Part shown: positions 47,296 to 59,115 of the stretch, one piece after another
Layout of the letters: every line of letters starts with the position of its first letter
How positions within the stretch are numbered: the stretch's first letter is position 1
NCBI GenBank assembly: GCA_002269645.1
Contig: NIVC01002022.1
Coordinates: 1-64,000, forward strand
Direction: 5' to 3'
Source: Macrostomum lignano
Taxonomy: Eukaryota
Length of the DNA stretch: 64,000 nt
The notes under the pieces: generated by a model
Told to the model about the DNA's origin: nothing
What the model saw: only the letters and a program-made list of their open reading frames with translations
The model's database searches: none
Translations under genes and position numbers: made by a program

Positions 47296-48850
47296 GTTGA
47301 AGTGAGCCCTATTTTCTAGCTTCCTAAGTCGAATTTCTCCAAGTTTAGTGAGTCTCTTCAGTCAGACCTTCTCCAGAGATACAGAAAATTGCATGGCCAT
47401 TTCAATACTTCTATCCTACCACAGACACCAATAGTTGCGACATAATTGTAGTTACTGGCTTTACCAATAGCTACACTTCCACAGTTTTACTGGTTTTAAA
47501 CATGAATTCTTTAGGTTAACTTCTGAGCACGAGTCTGTCTAAGTATTTCTTAATGCCTGACTTAGATTTCGATTTTCGTTGCTGTTGATGGGGTGGATAC
47601 AAACAGGCATGGTCAGCAAAGGCAGGGTTTTTTTAGTAACTATAATCGTAGAAAACACATATTTGCTTCAATCCATTAAACTAGTATTGTTGCTACGGGG
47701 TCGGAGGGTGGACTACTTGGTGTCAGTCATGGTGGAAGTCCCAATCGCTCTCTAACTCAACCAAGGCAAGGCAATGGCTTTGAGTCTTTTTCCCTCTCTT
47801 TCGTGCGCATCGGTCCGCAGGTCCACCCTCCCCCCCTGGTTGCTACGCTCCTCGGGGTTGGCCGTAGGTCTTCCCGGCCCGGCCATGTCAACCGCATCGC
47901 CTTTGTCTTCTGTCTAGAATGGAAGATTGGCTGCTCTGTCAGCCACCCCTTCTGTTTTGCCACGCTTCGTTGCTTTCGACTGTAGGCCTCCATTGTTTTA
48001 CTTCTTTACTTCATCTTTCTTCTTGCTTTTAACTTTTAACTTTTCTTTTGCTGCATAGCCCATTTCTTATGCATTTCTAGAGAGGAGAAGAAAGGGCAGA
48101 TGAAGGGATAGATGAGAGACGGAAGAGGAGAGGGGAGAGGTGGGGATTGACGAGAGAGGCGAGATGAGAGATGAGAGGGGAGATAAGGGGAGAGGAGAGA
48201 AGGGAGATGAGACCCGGAGGAGGGGAGAGAGGATTGCTATTGTGAAGTTTCAAAGGACCCGAGGCCCGCGGATAGAGAGGCTTCGCGGGCGGCATGTGAC
48301 CCGAGGGCCGGAGTTTTCCGACCACTGATCTACCTGAAACTGACAGCTAAAAGACTCAAGATGTCAGGTCGGTTCCTAGTTCGAAATCCGATTCCTTCGA
48401 AAGAGCTGGTTTGGGTTAGGACCTTAGCTGCTCGTCACACATCTTCGCTACCTTGGGGGCTGGCCATTCCCATCAGCTACTTACTCAATCTCGCTCTGCT
48501 GTTCATTCTGGATGCGTCTTATTCTGAGTAGCGCAATATTCTAAAGAAAAACACGTGGAGACTTTTTTGCTTGCCGATGGCTTTCTGCCAATGTAATTAG
48601 AGAAACTCTTCAGTGATACGCTTAGACGAGACAAGTGGCTTCAGTTCTTTAAACGAGAAATAAGGCGGTAGAGCTCGGTATTGCAGTGCTGGCTATGGTG
48701 ACACGACAAACTTCAACTTTAACTTCTAGAGTAAGTAAAAAGAACAAAGAGCAAAGTGAGCAAAGTGCATGTGCAGTCTTAAAACTTCTAAAATTCTTAA
48801 TTTTTACTGTCTGATTTTTTCGTAGGATTCAAGAAGCCATTTACGTCGCA

Positions 48851-49555
48851 TCAGTACACCTTGACGAACTTGGTCCAGTTTGGGTCGGTCTCGATGGCGT
48901 CGCCGACGCTCGAGTCAGCGAAGTCCAGCATGCGGCAGGCGCCGCTGGCCCGGTTGAACAGGACGGCCCGGCACTCCCAGCGCTGCACGCAGAGCCACAG
49001 GCAGTAAAGCTCCGAGCTCACCGAGGCGTCAGTGTAGCAGTAGACAGGACTGATGTTGCCCAGCCTCAGGAACTCAACTGGCTCCAGGTATTCGCTGTTC
49101 GGCGTCGCGATTGGCTGGCAGACGAATGTTTTGTCATGTTTCCCGGGTCTGTCTCGTAAACCAGCAATGCTGACCGCTACAAAGTCATCGTCATTTGAAC
49201 CCCTGTTCGGCAAGCCAGACATCCAGTCGCTGTCATCCAAAGTCGGAAACAGCGAGCCGTTGGCGAATCTCCAGCCGCTGCGGGACGTGCCCGCCTCAAC
49301 CAGGAGGTCCGTCACTCCGATGTAGTAAAAGTCAATCCAGTGATTGACGGCTCGGATGGCAGTCAGGTTCATCAGCAGCTCTCCGCCGATGCCCAGGCAC
49401 AGTCTGGCTGCGTCGCACCAGCTGGAAACGCTGGGGTTGTTGCCGATGAAGACGCAGCTGCCCAGCCTGTCGATGAACGGAGCGACGCAGGCGGCAGAGA
49501 CGATGGCTGCCAGCCCCGCAAACAGCGTCAGCTTGAGCAGCTGCTTCGGTGGCAT
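48851..49555 (-). CDS. C-type lectin-like + PAN/Apple protein, copy 5 (234 aa)
   Basis: Intact paralogue with loop RGSNDDDFVAVSIAGLRDRPGKHDKT, ending NWTKFVKVY. Start taken at MPPKQ (49555). Confidence 0.9.
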   Translation of the reverse strand: MPPKQLLKLTLFAGLAAIVSAACVAPFIDRLGSCVFIGNNPSVSSWCDAARLCLGIGGELLMNLTAIRAVNHWIDFYYIGVTDLLVEAGTSRSGWRFANGSLFPTLDDSDWMSGLPNRGSNDDDFVAVSIAGLRDRPGKHDKTFVCQPIATPNSEYLEPVEFLRLGNISPVYCYTDASVSSELYCLWLCVQRWECRAVLFNRASGACRMLDFADSSVGDAIETDPNWTKFVKVY

Positions 49556-49892
49556 CAGTGAGTCGAATTTGTGCGGCTTGGCTGTCAACTGGTTGTTTTT
49601 CTGAGAAATTAGAGTCCCCATCTAGTGAGTCTGTGCGCTTGCATTCATAGAGAGCTACAGCCAATGACTTTTAGCCAACCAATCGAGCCCGTTGCAGCAG
49701 TGCCGACTTGGAGACTGGCTTTCAATGATGCTAAAAAACTTTTGCAGCATCCTCGACTCGACACATAGCTTTTGAACAAGAAAATAAAATAATTTTTTTG
49801 ATTTAATTGAGCCCGGAATTTCGTTGAAGACTGATAAAATACGAAGTGAAGCAAGTCCAGAAAAGTGTGAACGACTAAAAACAAAACTTGCA

Positions 49893-50190
49893 AAGTGGGG
49901 CAGCGGTCCAGGTTCGATTCCAAGTGCACCAATGCAGTCACATTAATTTGGGGCTAAATTGGAATCTCTGCTTGGGTCTGCTCGTGCAATTAACGGCCTG
50001 GAGGACCAACTCCCAAGGCACAGTGAAGTGTACAAACCTAACGATAAATAAAGTTAGGGCCGATGTACACTCCTGTGAGTGTGTGCCTGTGCGTATGACT
50101 GCGTACGTATCCGCGCGCCTGTGTGCTGCTCAGGGGAGTCGGCGGAATGGGCAGCAATGCCTCTCGCCGGTTGTGTGACAATGTCGCTTA
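49893..50190 (+). mobile_element. tRNA-derived SINE (head partly deleted)
   Basis: B box GGTTCGATTCC at 49911. Body homologous to the minus-strand copy at 10255-10895. Confidence 0.65.
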
Positions 50191-51485
50191 AAGTGCGCCA
50201 GGGTGCACACAGGTCCCCTGACTCCAATAAAAGATTACGCAAGGGACGAGAACATGACATTATGTTTTCCAACTCTCAGTCGGACGCACTGCAGGGTCCG
50301 GTGTTGCGGTTTTCAGTTGTTGCTGAGAAAGATGAACAATAATGTTGATTACGTCACACACTTTGCAATGACTCTGGACTCATCCCGCTGGATTAGTTAG
50401 TCTAAACTCATTCGAAAGGACATGATGGGCAAATACCCAGCAACATCGCAAAGTCGCCATCACAGAAGATTGCGTCTGTGGTCGCCACTATTGAGAGTGC
50501 AGGTCTATAAAGTCTCTCAATCTTGCGAGTGACGCAACTTAGCTACGCCGCGGCAGACTTCTTTTTCGAGGATATTGGCATCAAATTGGGCGCCATGCTA
50601 GCGCATTCATGAATGAAAAAATAGTTTTCATTAAGGCACTCTATAGTTTGCATTGCGTTGCAAGTTCAGCAGCTGGGATCAGGTGCACAGAAGTGCAGCG
50701 TCAATTTCGCAATAAACATTGCCTCCTCAATTGTTTCAGCTTCATTGCAAGCAGCTGCACACAAATTAATTTGTCACTTGCGCTTTCTGTGAATTGGTAA
50801 GTAAAAGTACACTCAGCAACAGCCGACCCCCTCAGATTGACGCTGTCACGCACAAAAGTTAAGCCATGTGTGCAGCAACTGTTAGCATGCAAAAGTGCCG
50901 TCAAGAATGTGTTTTTTTCGAAGCTCTCATTCAACAGAGTTCTTCGATTGGACTTGAGTTCTCTCTCAGTATTCGAGAAACGAGAGAGATGCAAAGAAAC
51001 TGAGGAGTTTTCTCTACGGAGTCGATCGTCACTCGTCGACCAGCTGCGTCGCAGATAAGAAAGCACTCGACAAGAAGTCTCTTCACTTTCTTGTCTCTTG
51101 CCACAATGCCTATAGCTTAAGTTGTTCAGAATATGGAAACTTTCTAAAAAATTAGCTGGCAAACAGCAGTGAGTTGATGCCAATCAATCCAGTCCGTGCA
51201 GTCAGTTTGTTTTTGTCTCGCTCAGTCAACTGAGAGTCTTTTCGACACTCAACATTGAAACCAACTCCTACTAGTATGACAAGAGGCAAGCCTCTCTGCT
51301 TGCTTTGTAAAAGCAATCGAAGTAGCTTTCCCAGAGTCCAGACACTGATCAATTCAGCTTTTGGGACAGAGTGGTTCAAACTTTCCATTTTCGACAAGAC
51401 TGTTGGTCCGTGTGCAGTGTTGTTTGACACTTTTACCCTTTGCCTCACTCACGCCTAAACTACCTTTCCTGGATGTCAATCATTT

Positions 51486-52400
51486 AGGGGTTGTCGCCAT
51501 GGATCTCGAGGGGGGGGGGTACTTGCTATTTGAGAGAGAGCGGTACTAGCTACATGTATCTACATGTATGGGATTCTTTCTATCCAGGGATGCTTGCTAT
51601 CTGCAGGATGCTTGCTATCTGGGGGATGCTTGCTATCTGGGGGATGCTTGCTATCTGCAGAATGCTTGCTATCTGGGGGATGCTCGCTATCTGCAGGATG
51701 CTTGCTATCTGGGGGGGATGCTTGCTATCTAGGGGATGATTGCTATGTGGGGGGATGCTTGCTATTTGGGGGGTGCTTGCTATCTGTGGATGATTGCTAT
51801 GTGGGGGGATGCTTGCTATCTGGGGGAGGGGATGCTTGCTATCTGGGTGGATGCTTGCTATCTGCGGTTGCTTACTATTGGAGGGGGTGCTTGCTATCTG
51901 GGAGATGCTTGCTATCTGCGGGCTGCTTGCTACCTGGGGAGATGCTTGCTTTCCTGGGGATGTTTTCTATTTAAGGGAAAGTCTGTTATCTTTGTAAAAA
52001 CTTTTTTGTCGTCTTTGTAAATTTTAGAAAAAAAGATATTCATAGCAAGCATCTTTGTCCATGAAAATTTTACTCGAATAAGGTGATTATAAAACTGAAG
52101 AAGGAATTGGTTCTTAAGAAAATTGTCTTTTTAATGGATTTGCATGAATAATTTTCGCTCCCTGCTTCGGGCGCCCCGAATGGGGCACTGGATTGCTAGT
52201 CTACAAAACTAAATTACTACATGTAAAATACTTTGAGAATTGGTTACTAGCCCTCATTTTGGCGCCGCTGGCATTTATTGTGGCGCAGAAAGCACTATAT
52301 TTTGGCGCCCCGAAGCAAAATTATTGATTTCCATAACGGATCACAGGGTGGAGCGAGGGGACAAAGCACTGGCATGTCCGACCATAGCTTTTACAGGTTG
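51486..52400 (+). mobile_element. Degenerate hAT-like MITE containing an 18-bp satellite (GGATGCTTGCTATCTGGG)n at 51585-51960
   Basis: Start TAGGGGTTGTCGCCATGGAT and 3' part GAAGCAAAATTATTGATT...GGGGACAAAGCACTGGCATGTCCG match the 31793-34435 MITE. Confidence 0.65.
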
Positions 52401-52879
52401 CCTGCGTCACGACTCGCAACTGCATTAAGTACATATATAATATGCATTTGTAGTGACCAATTGCGACCACCAACCTACTTGGGTTCAGAAACCGTTCAAT
52501 AAGGAAGGTTTACGAGCTTTCGGCGAACAACTGAGACGAGTCCTTGCATGGTCACATGATCATCTGGATCTGATGGTGTGAGACGAACCTCTGAAAGCAT
52601 CCCAAGAGACCAAATGCGCATTGAGAAAAGCCATCAGGAGCTACCTGAAATGTTAGAAATTTGCTAAGTTAAAAGGCCAACGAAGGCATCTTAGATTCAC
52701 TGCAAAACCTAATTTAAAAAATTACATTCTATGCGCAGTTTACTACTTACGAGTAAAGATAGTCGTGTGCACGTGTAAATTTTTACTTTACCTAAAGTTG
52801 ACAGCTAAAATATGTTACTTTACTACTGGGCTCGTTCTTGGCCCCACCACATGCAATTACTGTGCGCGAGTCATCACAA

Positions 52880-53356
52880 TGGCGTCGCACCTCTCGGATG
52901 CAGACCGCGCCTCAACCTGGCTAAAAGTCTTCAAAGCTCTTGCTCGCTCGAAGAAGTGGAAAGATTCAGAATCCTCTAAAACGATTGCTGATAACTTTCC
53001 GACCTTGTGTGGACTGGACACACTTGAGAAGCTAACTCATATTGTTGCATCACGGAGCTGTATATCACTCACCGGCTGATATAGCTGCTGTTACTGGCCA
53101 TAAGGACAGCCGCTCCGTCGTGCGGTATCCGAAGAATTCTAAGCGGGCTTATTGCAAGACGGTAGAGATGTCCAAGAGCTTGGTACAATATATGGGTGAG
53201 CGCAGCGAGATTCCAGGTGAGTCAGAGAGAAGCGCTAAAGAGGGGCGGTTCGTCATAGAGTCTGAGCAAGTCAATCTAAAGGAAGGATCAGAAGAAAAGC
53301 GAGTGAAGAACGGTGGACAATTCTATTTTTCAAGCTGCTCGGTGCACTTTCATTAA
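52880..53356 (+). mobile_element. Crypton-like tyrosine-recombinase remnant
   Basis: DIAAVTGHKDSRSVVRY matches the YR C-terminal I..TGH.S....Y motif. A disrupted H-x-x-R (CAC ACT TGA GAA GCT) lies just upstream. Most of the N-terminal domain is missing. Confidence 0.55.
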
Positions 53357-54630
53357 TTTCTTCTTGTTATCCTAGAAAGACTATTACGGCTATTGAATTA
53401 ATTAATATCGAAGACCTTTATTCGTGTGTGTTGACCGATTATTTTTTACTGATCGTTGATTGTTATAATGATGTTAACATAATCAATAACTGACATAACC
53501 TATAAAATAAAAGGTCAGTAATTTGCTATTTCTTTTTTCTAATACTGTTGCTATTATTGTTTGTAATCGTACGTAAAAACTTTTCCGTGCAATATACCAA
53601 TATTGACGGGCTGCAGAGGGCAGAAACCAGCTATAACGCCGAAGCGCGTAGCGCCGTGTTAGCTCGTTTCTGACTGATGCGGCCCATCCATATTAGTGTT
53701 ATAGTTATCGGGCGTGAAACCGCGTATCACGAACCGTTGAGACTGTCTATGGTAAAATCCCATTTACTCCAATGCATTCGGTTGGTTTCACGGCCCGCTG
53801 AAAATGTCTATGGCAAAGTTAAAAGAAAGCAGGGTCAAGGGAGCCCCCACATTTGCACGCCAGCACTCAAGACAAAGAAAGAAAGAACGAAATCTAAAAT
53901 ATTGTCTATGGCCAAAACTCCTTATCTAACGAATTGAAAAAAGTAACTGATACTAAGCATTATTTAGCGGTATTAAGCTTTACTTTGAAAATCTACAGTT
54001 TTAGAACCTTTAACTAGATACTTATATGCATACGAGGTTTTTTACTTATGGAAGTCGGCCATAGATTGTTGCAGCGGGTGGGATGCCGTACGTTTCTCCC
54101 CGTTTCAACACGCCTAGACTAACTATAAAAATGCCATTGCTGCACGGCATTGATGCACGGGCCATAGACAAACAATGGGATCCTTGACGTTCACTCATGC
54201 GTGAAGGACATCGTGCAACTCGTGACTTTGCAGGATACTTCATAGTCTTACATCCTGGATGCATATTATTCTGAGTAGCGGAATATTCCAAAGAAAATGA
54301 CATGGTGAATATTTTGCTTGCCGATGGTTTTCTGCCAATATAATTAGAGAAACTCTTAGGTGAAACTCTTTGCTTAGACGAGGCGAGTAGCTTCAATTTT
54401 TTAAACGATAAATAAGGCGGTAGAATTCAGTATTCCAGTGTTGGCTATTGTGACTCGATAAACGTCAAGAGTAATTAAAAAAGAAACAAGCGGAAACTAA
54501 GTAAAACAAAGAGTTGCGTAAGCAAAGTGCATGTGCAGTCTTAAAAATTATGTACTGTCTGACGCTTCTAAAATTCTTAATTTTTACTGTCTGATTTCCT
54601 CGTAGGATTCAAGAAGCCATTTACGTCGCA

Positions 54631-55335
54631 TCAGTACACCTTGACGAACTTGGCCCAGCTCGGGTCGGTCTCGATGGCGTCGCCGACGCTCGAGTCAGCG
54701 AAGTCCAGCATGCGGCAGGCGCCGCTGGCCCGCTTGAACAGGACGGCCCGGCACTCCCAGCGCTGCACGCAGAGCCACAGGCAGTAAAGCTCCGAGCTCA
54801 CCGAGGCGTCAGTGTAGCAGTAGACAGGACTGATGTTGCCCAGCCTCAGGAACTCCGCTCGCTCCAGGTATTTGCTGTTCGGGGTCGCTATCGGCTGGCA
54901 GACAAATTTTTTGTCCTGATTCGGGGGTCTGTCTACCAAGCCCGCTTTGCTGACCCCTACAAAGTCATCGTCTTCCGAAAGGCGGTTCGGCAAGCCAGAC
55001 TTCCAGTCGCTGTCATCCAAAGTCGGAAACAGCGAGCCGTTGGCGAATCTCCAGCCGCTGCGAGACCTGCCCGCCTCAACCAGGAGGTCCGTCACTCCGA
55101 TGAAGTAATAATCAATCCAGTGATTGACGGCTCGGATGGCAGTCAGGTCCATCAGCAGCTCTCCGCCGATGCCCAGGCACAGTCTGGCTGCGTCGCACCA
55201 GCTGGAAACGCTGGGGTTGTCGCCGATGAAGACGCAGCTGCCCAGCCTGTCGATGAACGGAGCGACGCAGGCGGCAGAGGCGATGGCTGCCAGCCCCGCA
55301 AACAGCGTCAGCTTGAGCAGCTGCTTCGGTAGCAT
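54631..55335 (-). CDS. C-type lectin-like + PAN/Apple protein, copy 6 (234 aa)
   Basis: Intact paralogue with loop RLSEDDDFVGVSKAGLVDRPPNQDKK, ending KFVKVY. Confidence 0.9.
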   Translation of the reverse strand: MLPKQLLKLTLFAGLAAIASAACVAPFIDRLGSCVFIGDNPSVSSWCDAARLCLGIGGELLMDLTAIRAVNHWIDYYFIGVTDLLVEAGRSRSGWRFANGSLFPTLDDSDWKSGLPNRLSEDDDFVGVSKAGLVDRPPNQDKKFVCQPIATPNSKYLERAEFLRLGNISPVYCYTDASVSSELYCLWLCVQRWECRAVLFKRASGACRMLDFADSSVGDAIETDPSWAKFVKVY

Positions 55336-57156
55336 CAGCGAGTCTCAAGTCGGTCAATTTGGAGCGGCGTAACTTGTGAGCAATTTGAAATTTGCTTGGT
55401 TGCCAACTAGTGGTTTAATTTCTCGTCCGTACGCTTGCATTTATAGACAGCTGCAGCCAATGGCTTGTAGCCAACCAACCATCCAGTGCAGCAGCGTCGA
55501 CTTCAGGGGTTGAATTGTGAAACAAGAAAGACGTAAAGAAACTGAAGAATTTTCCCTCAGGCGTCGATCATCAGCTAAACAACTGGTTTGCTTATATAGA
55601 TAAAACAGCATTTGACAATAAAATATCTGGTAACTTTCTCAGTCGGTTTTAATTGATTGGCACTTAATAACAAATGAAACAATTGAAGGAATAATTTTTT
55701 TTCGCAAATAGAGAGAGTTAAAGTCAATCAATCGATCTCGAACAGCCTTTGTCTTCTTGCTTTTGTCCCGATCAAGTCTACTGAGAGTCGTGTCAACATT
55801 GCCGAGTTGAAACCAGCTCCACTTAGTCTTACAAGAGAGACTCTTATTCAGCCTTTTGTGTCAGACTGGTTCAAACTTGACATTTTCGACAAGACTTGTC
55901 AGTCTGTTAGCAGTTTTGTGACCTAGCTTTAGCCAAGCTTAAACTACGTTTTCTGTATGTCCCTCATTCAAGGGCGTCGTCATGGATTTTATTGTGGGGG
56001 GGGGTAAAGCCAAGAGTTTTTCTATATGACTAGAAATTCAGCTGTTTGAGACGCAGCTGAGGCCTGCAGCTGACAGATAGCCGCCTTGCCCACATGATGC
56101 GGCACCCTGACTTTTTCCTCGTACGTAAAGCGATTTTCAACTGCTGCGGAAGCTGACTGACGCTTTTGATGAAGCACTGGAGGGAGCCTTGCATGATCAT
56201 CAAGGAGGGATCTTATGGTGCGTAGGGATCAAGCCTAAAAGGATCAAGAATATTTTGGACAATCTTCACTAACTTTTGTACCGATCTTGTCAGTCTACAC
56301 CACTGCTCTTAGTTTGAGAGGATGAGGCGATGTGCCTTTTAATTAATAAATAATTATCTATTAAATATTAGCTGAGTTACAAGGCTAAAGAAGGCATCTT
56401 AAATTCGCTATCAAAGCCTAATTTCTATAATTAAATTCTATGCGCAGCTTACTACTTATGAGTAGAACTGGTGGAGTGCAGTGTAATTTACGAGCGTTTG
56501 GTCACAGCTAAATTACGCGGGTATATTGACCGAAGATCTCAGCTGTGCATTTGCGTCCATATGGTATGAAAGCGTTAATTCTTTAGCCCTTTACTCAAAC
56601 CATTTCACACTCATACCAGTCATTCTTCTTTTTGTACACGATCTGATACTGTCGTCTCCTGAGCAGAAAGCTGGAATGAAGTTGAGTCCAATTTTATGCG
56701 ATAGAGAATTACACTCATAAATACCCTGCCGCGCTGCCAATGCTTATCTGTGGCAAAGAAAAATAATTCTTTTTCTACAATGCAATGTACATTTTTCTTC
56801 GTCTATAGAGCACATTATTAAAGTTAGAGGGACTGAAGTTAGAGAAAATACCCTGAGACCGTAGTTCATTATTTCGTTCCACAGTATTAAAGTCTTTCTT
56901 GAAGTTTTTAACATACACGTTAGGCGTGAGCATTGGGAAAGATCAGGATTTTATGATTTTATGATAAGCGGTTAAAAAAGTGGTATTAACAACCAACGCT
57001 ACTGATGTTGAAGTGGTGCTCCACCAAATGTTTTATACGAGCTAGTTAGACAGCTAAAGCACTGACGTTTTAGTGAATAAATTCCGAAAATTAGGAATCG
57101 ATAAGCTTTAATAGTGCCGGTCAACTCTGCTGTCAAAATCTTCAGAAACTAGGACA

Positions 57157-59050
57157 CTAGCTATCTGAACCACTGGCCTTAACCAGCATTTCAATCTTCA
57201 GCTGTAGCCAATCGGGCACATCATCAAGCACTCTTGTGATTCGCCTGCGCAACAGTCGCAGCAGCTGCAGATCATCTCCGCAGATCGATGCAGCCACCAC
57301 CAGTTCCTGTTGGTCCGCATCCGTTCTCATTGCAACATCCCGGACCCACTGCTGCCCTACGGCATCAGTTTTGCCAGCCAATTCAAAGTGAATGGCCTGC
57401 AGCAGGGCATCGAAGTTCATGTAATAAAAGTTGGCATAGTTCTCCAGCGTCAGAGGAAACAGATTGTCGACATAATTGGTTAAAAATGAGAAGCTCAGTT
57501 TCTCGTAGAATAGAAAACAGTATTGCCAAGCGGAGTCTCGGCTCGTCAGGTGTTGCCAAACAAAGTCGGTCGTTGCTTCACTCGCCGAAGCCCCAGAGGG
57601 CCAGTCGATGCCTCTACTCACACCGATTGCTCTGCAGTCTCTCACAACTTGAGTAGCAGCCTCTCGATCGCCTGACCTGATGAGGGCCATAGCTCGGAGC
57701 GACTCTCTAGTCGATCTAGCGCAGTCTGGCAGCTTGTCAATCAGTTCATCAAGGTATTCTTGCGCCTCCGAGTTGTAGTATTCATCAGAGAGGCAAACCA
57801 AAGCCGCTTTGACGACATCGTAGATCTCGTGAAACTCACACTCGACAGTCTCAGATTCTTCAGATGCTTCTGAAGAGCTTTCCAATAGACTGGGAAGCAC
57901 GAGGAACGGATGGAAGTGAAATCGGCCCGAGTCAGTGACGGGTTGCAGATTGTCAATGAACTGCACAAGAAGCTGAGGCAGATTCGACATGGTGTCTCTC
58001 AGAGCATCGGCTGCGGCATTCAAGGATTCGCCAACCTTCTCGGATGAGCTGATGTCAACGCCTCGCAGGTACACTGAACCATCGCTCAGAAAGAAGTGGT
58101 CCATGATTCGACCGTCAGTACTGTCCAATTGGTGGGCGCTCTCAACACAGTCAATTAGCATTTGCAGTGAGCGTCTTGTGAGAGTCACGAGGTTCGTCTG
58201 ATCCCATTCTTCCGGTGGTGTCTCCTCCACCATTCGAAATGTAAGCGTCTTGGCGTGATAAGACTTAAAGCCATTGTGACGGACGGCCTTTTTTAATAGC
58301 CACTTGAGAATGACAAACAATTGGCCCTGCATAGTACTGAGACTCCGCAGTAGCCGTTTCTCCAGGAAGCTGGTGCTTACACGGAGCTGCTCCCCCGCCT
58401 TTCCGGGAGGAGCTGCGTGCACCACGTGACAAGGTGACGAATCCGAAGTTAGGTCCTGCTGGAGCAACTTCAGCACGGGCTCAGCGATGTTAGACTTGAA
58501 GACTCGGTCTTTGTGCAGCGGCGCGATAGGCGGATAGCAACACAGAAGGCGGGCGAGGACTTCGTCGAAAGCTGGTCTTAGCGTGGAGCCGAGCCACGCG
58601 GTCGATGGACTCGACGCTGCAATTTTTTCAGGCCAATGAGCGCTATTCATGAAAATTAAACGGGCTAGCAACAAATCGTTAATTTTAGGACTAAATGCTG
58701 TCTTACCGAATCCAGGGCTCAAAACGTGGCCGTTTTTATATTCCACAGTCTGCACGGCGCCGCACTCGCACAGACCTGTTGGATGCAGCAGCGGTCCTTG
58801 CACCAACTGCATCATGTCAATATCTGACTCGGTGTCAGTTTTACCGTTTAGAGTTTTCAGACTGTTGCCCCAGCCTTCGGAGAAGCTGCCTACCACGAAG
58901 TATCCGTCGTGAGTCTGCCTTCTGCGTAGAATGTCTTGCAGAACGTCAGCCACAGCGCTCTGCAATGCGGCTCTGGAGTCTACGAACCCAGATTGAGAGA
59001 GCGCAGAGTGCAGCTGTTGGCTCAGTTCTGAGTCGCAAGTTGCCGGTCTT
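57157..59050 (-). CDS. Mab-21/cGAS-like (cGLR) nucleotidyltransferase, exons 2-3 of an ankyrin-cGLR gene
   Basis: GSFSEG...SDIDMM, AFDEV, LRVSTSFLEKRLL, KSYHAKTLTF..E...W, MDHFF are Mab-21-family motifs. Probable 90-nt intron at 58706-58617 (TTCG|gtaaga...ttgcag|CG). Confidence 0.88.
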
Positions 59051-59115
59051 CTGAAAGACGAACGAAGCAATATCGAGTTCACAATAAATATTAAATCATG
59101 GGCAAGCACGCTAAC

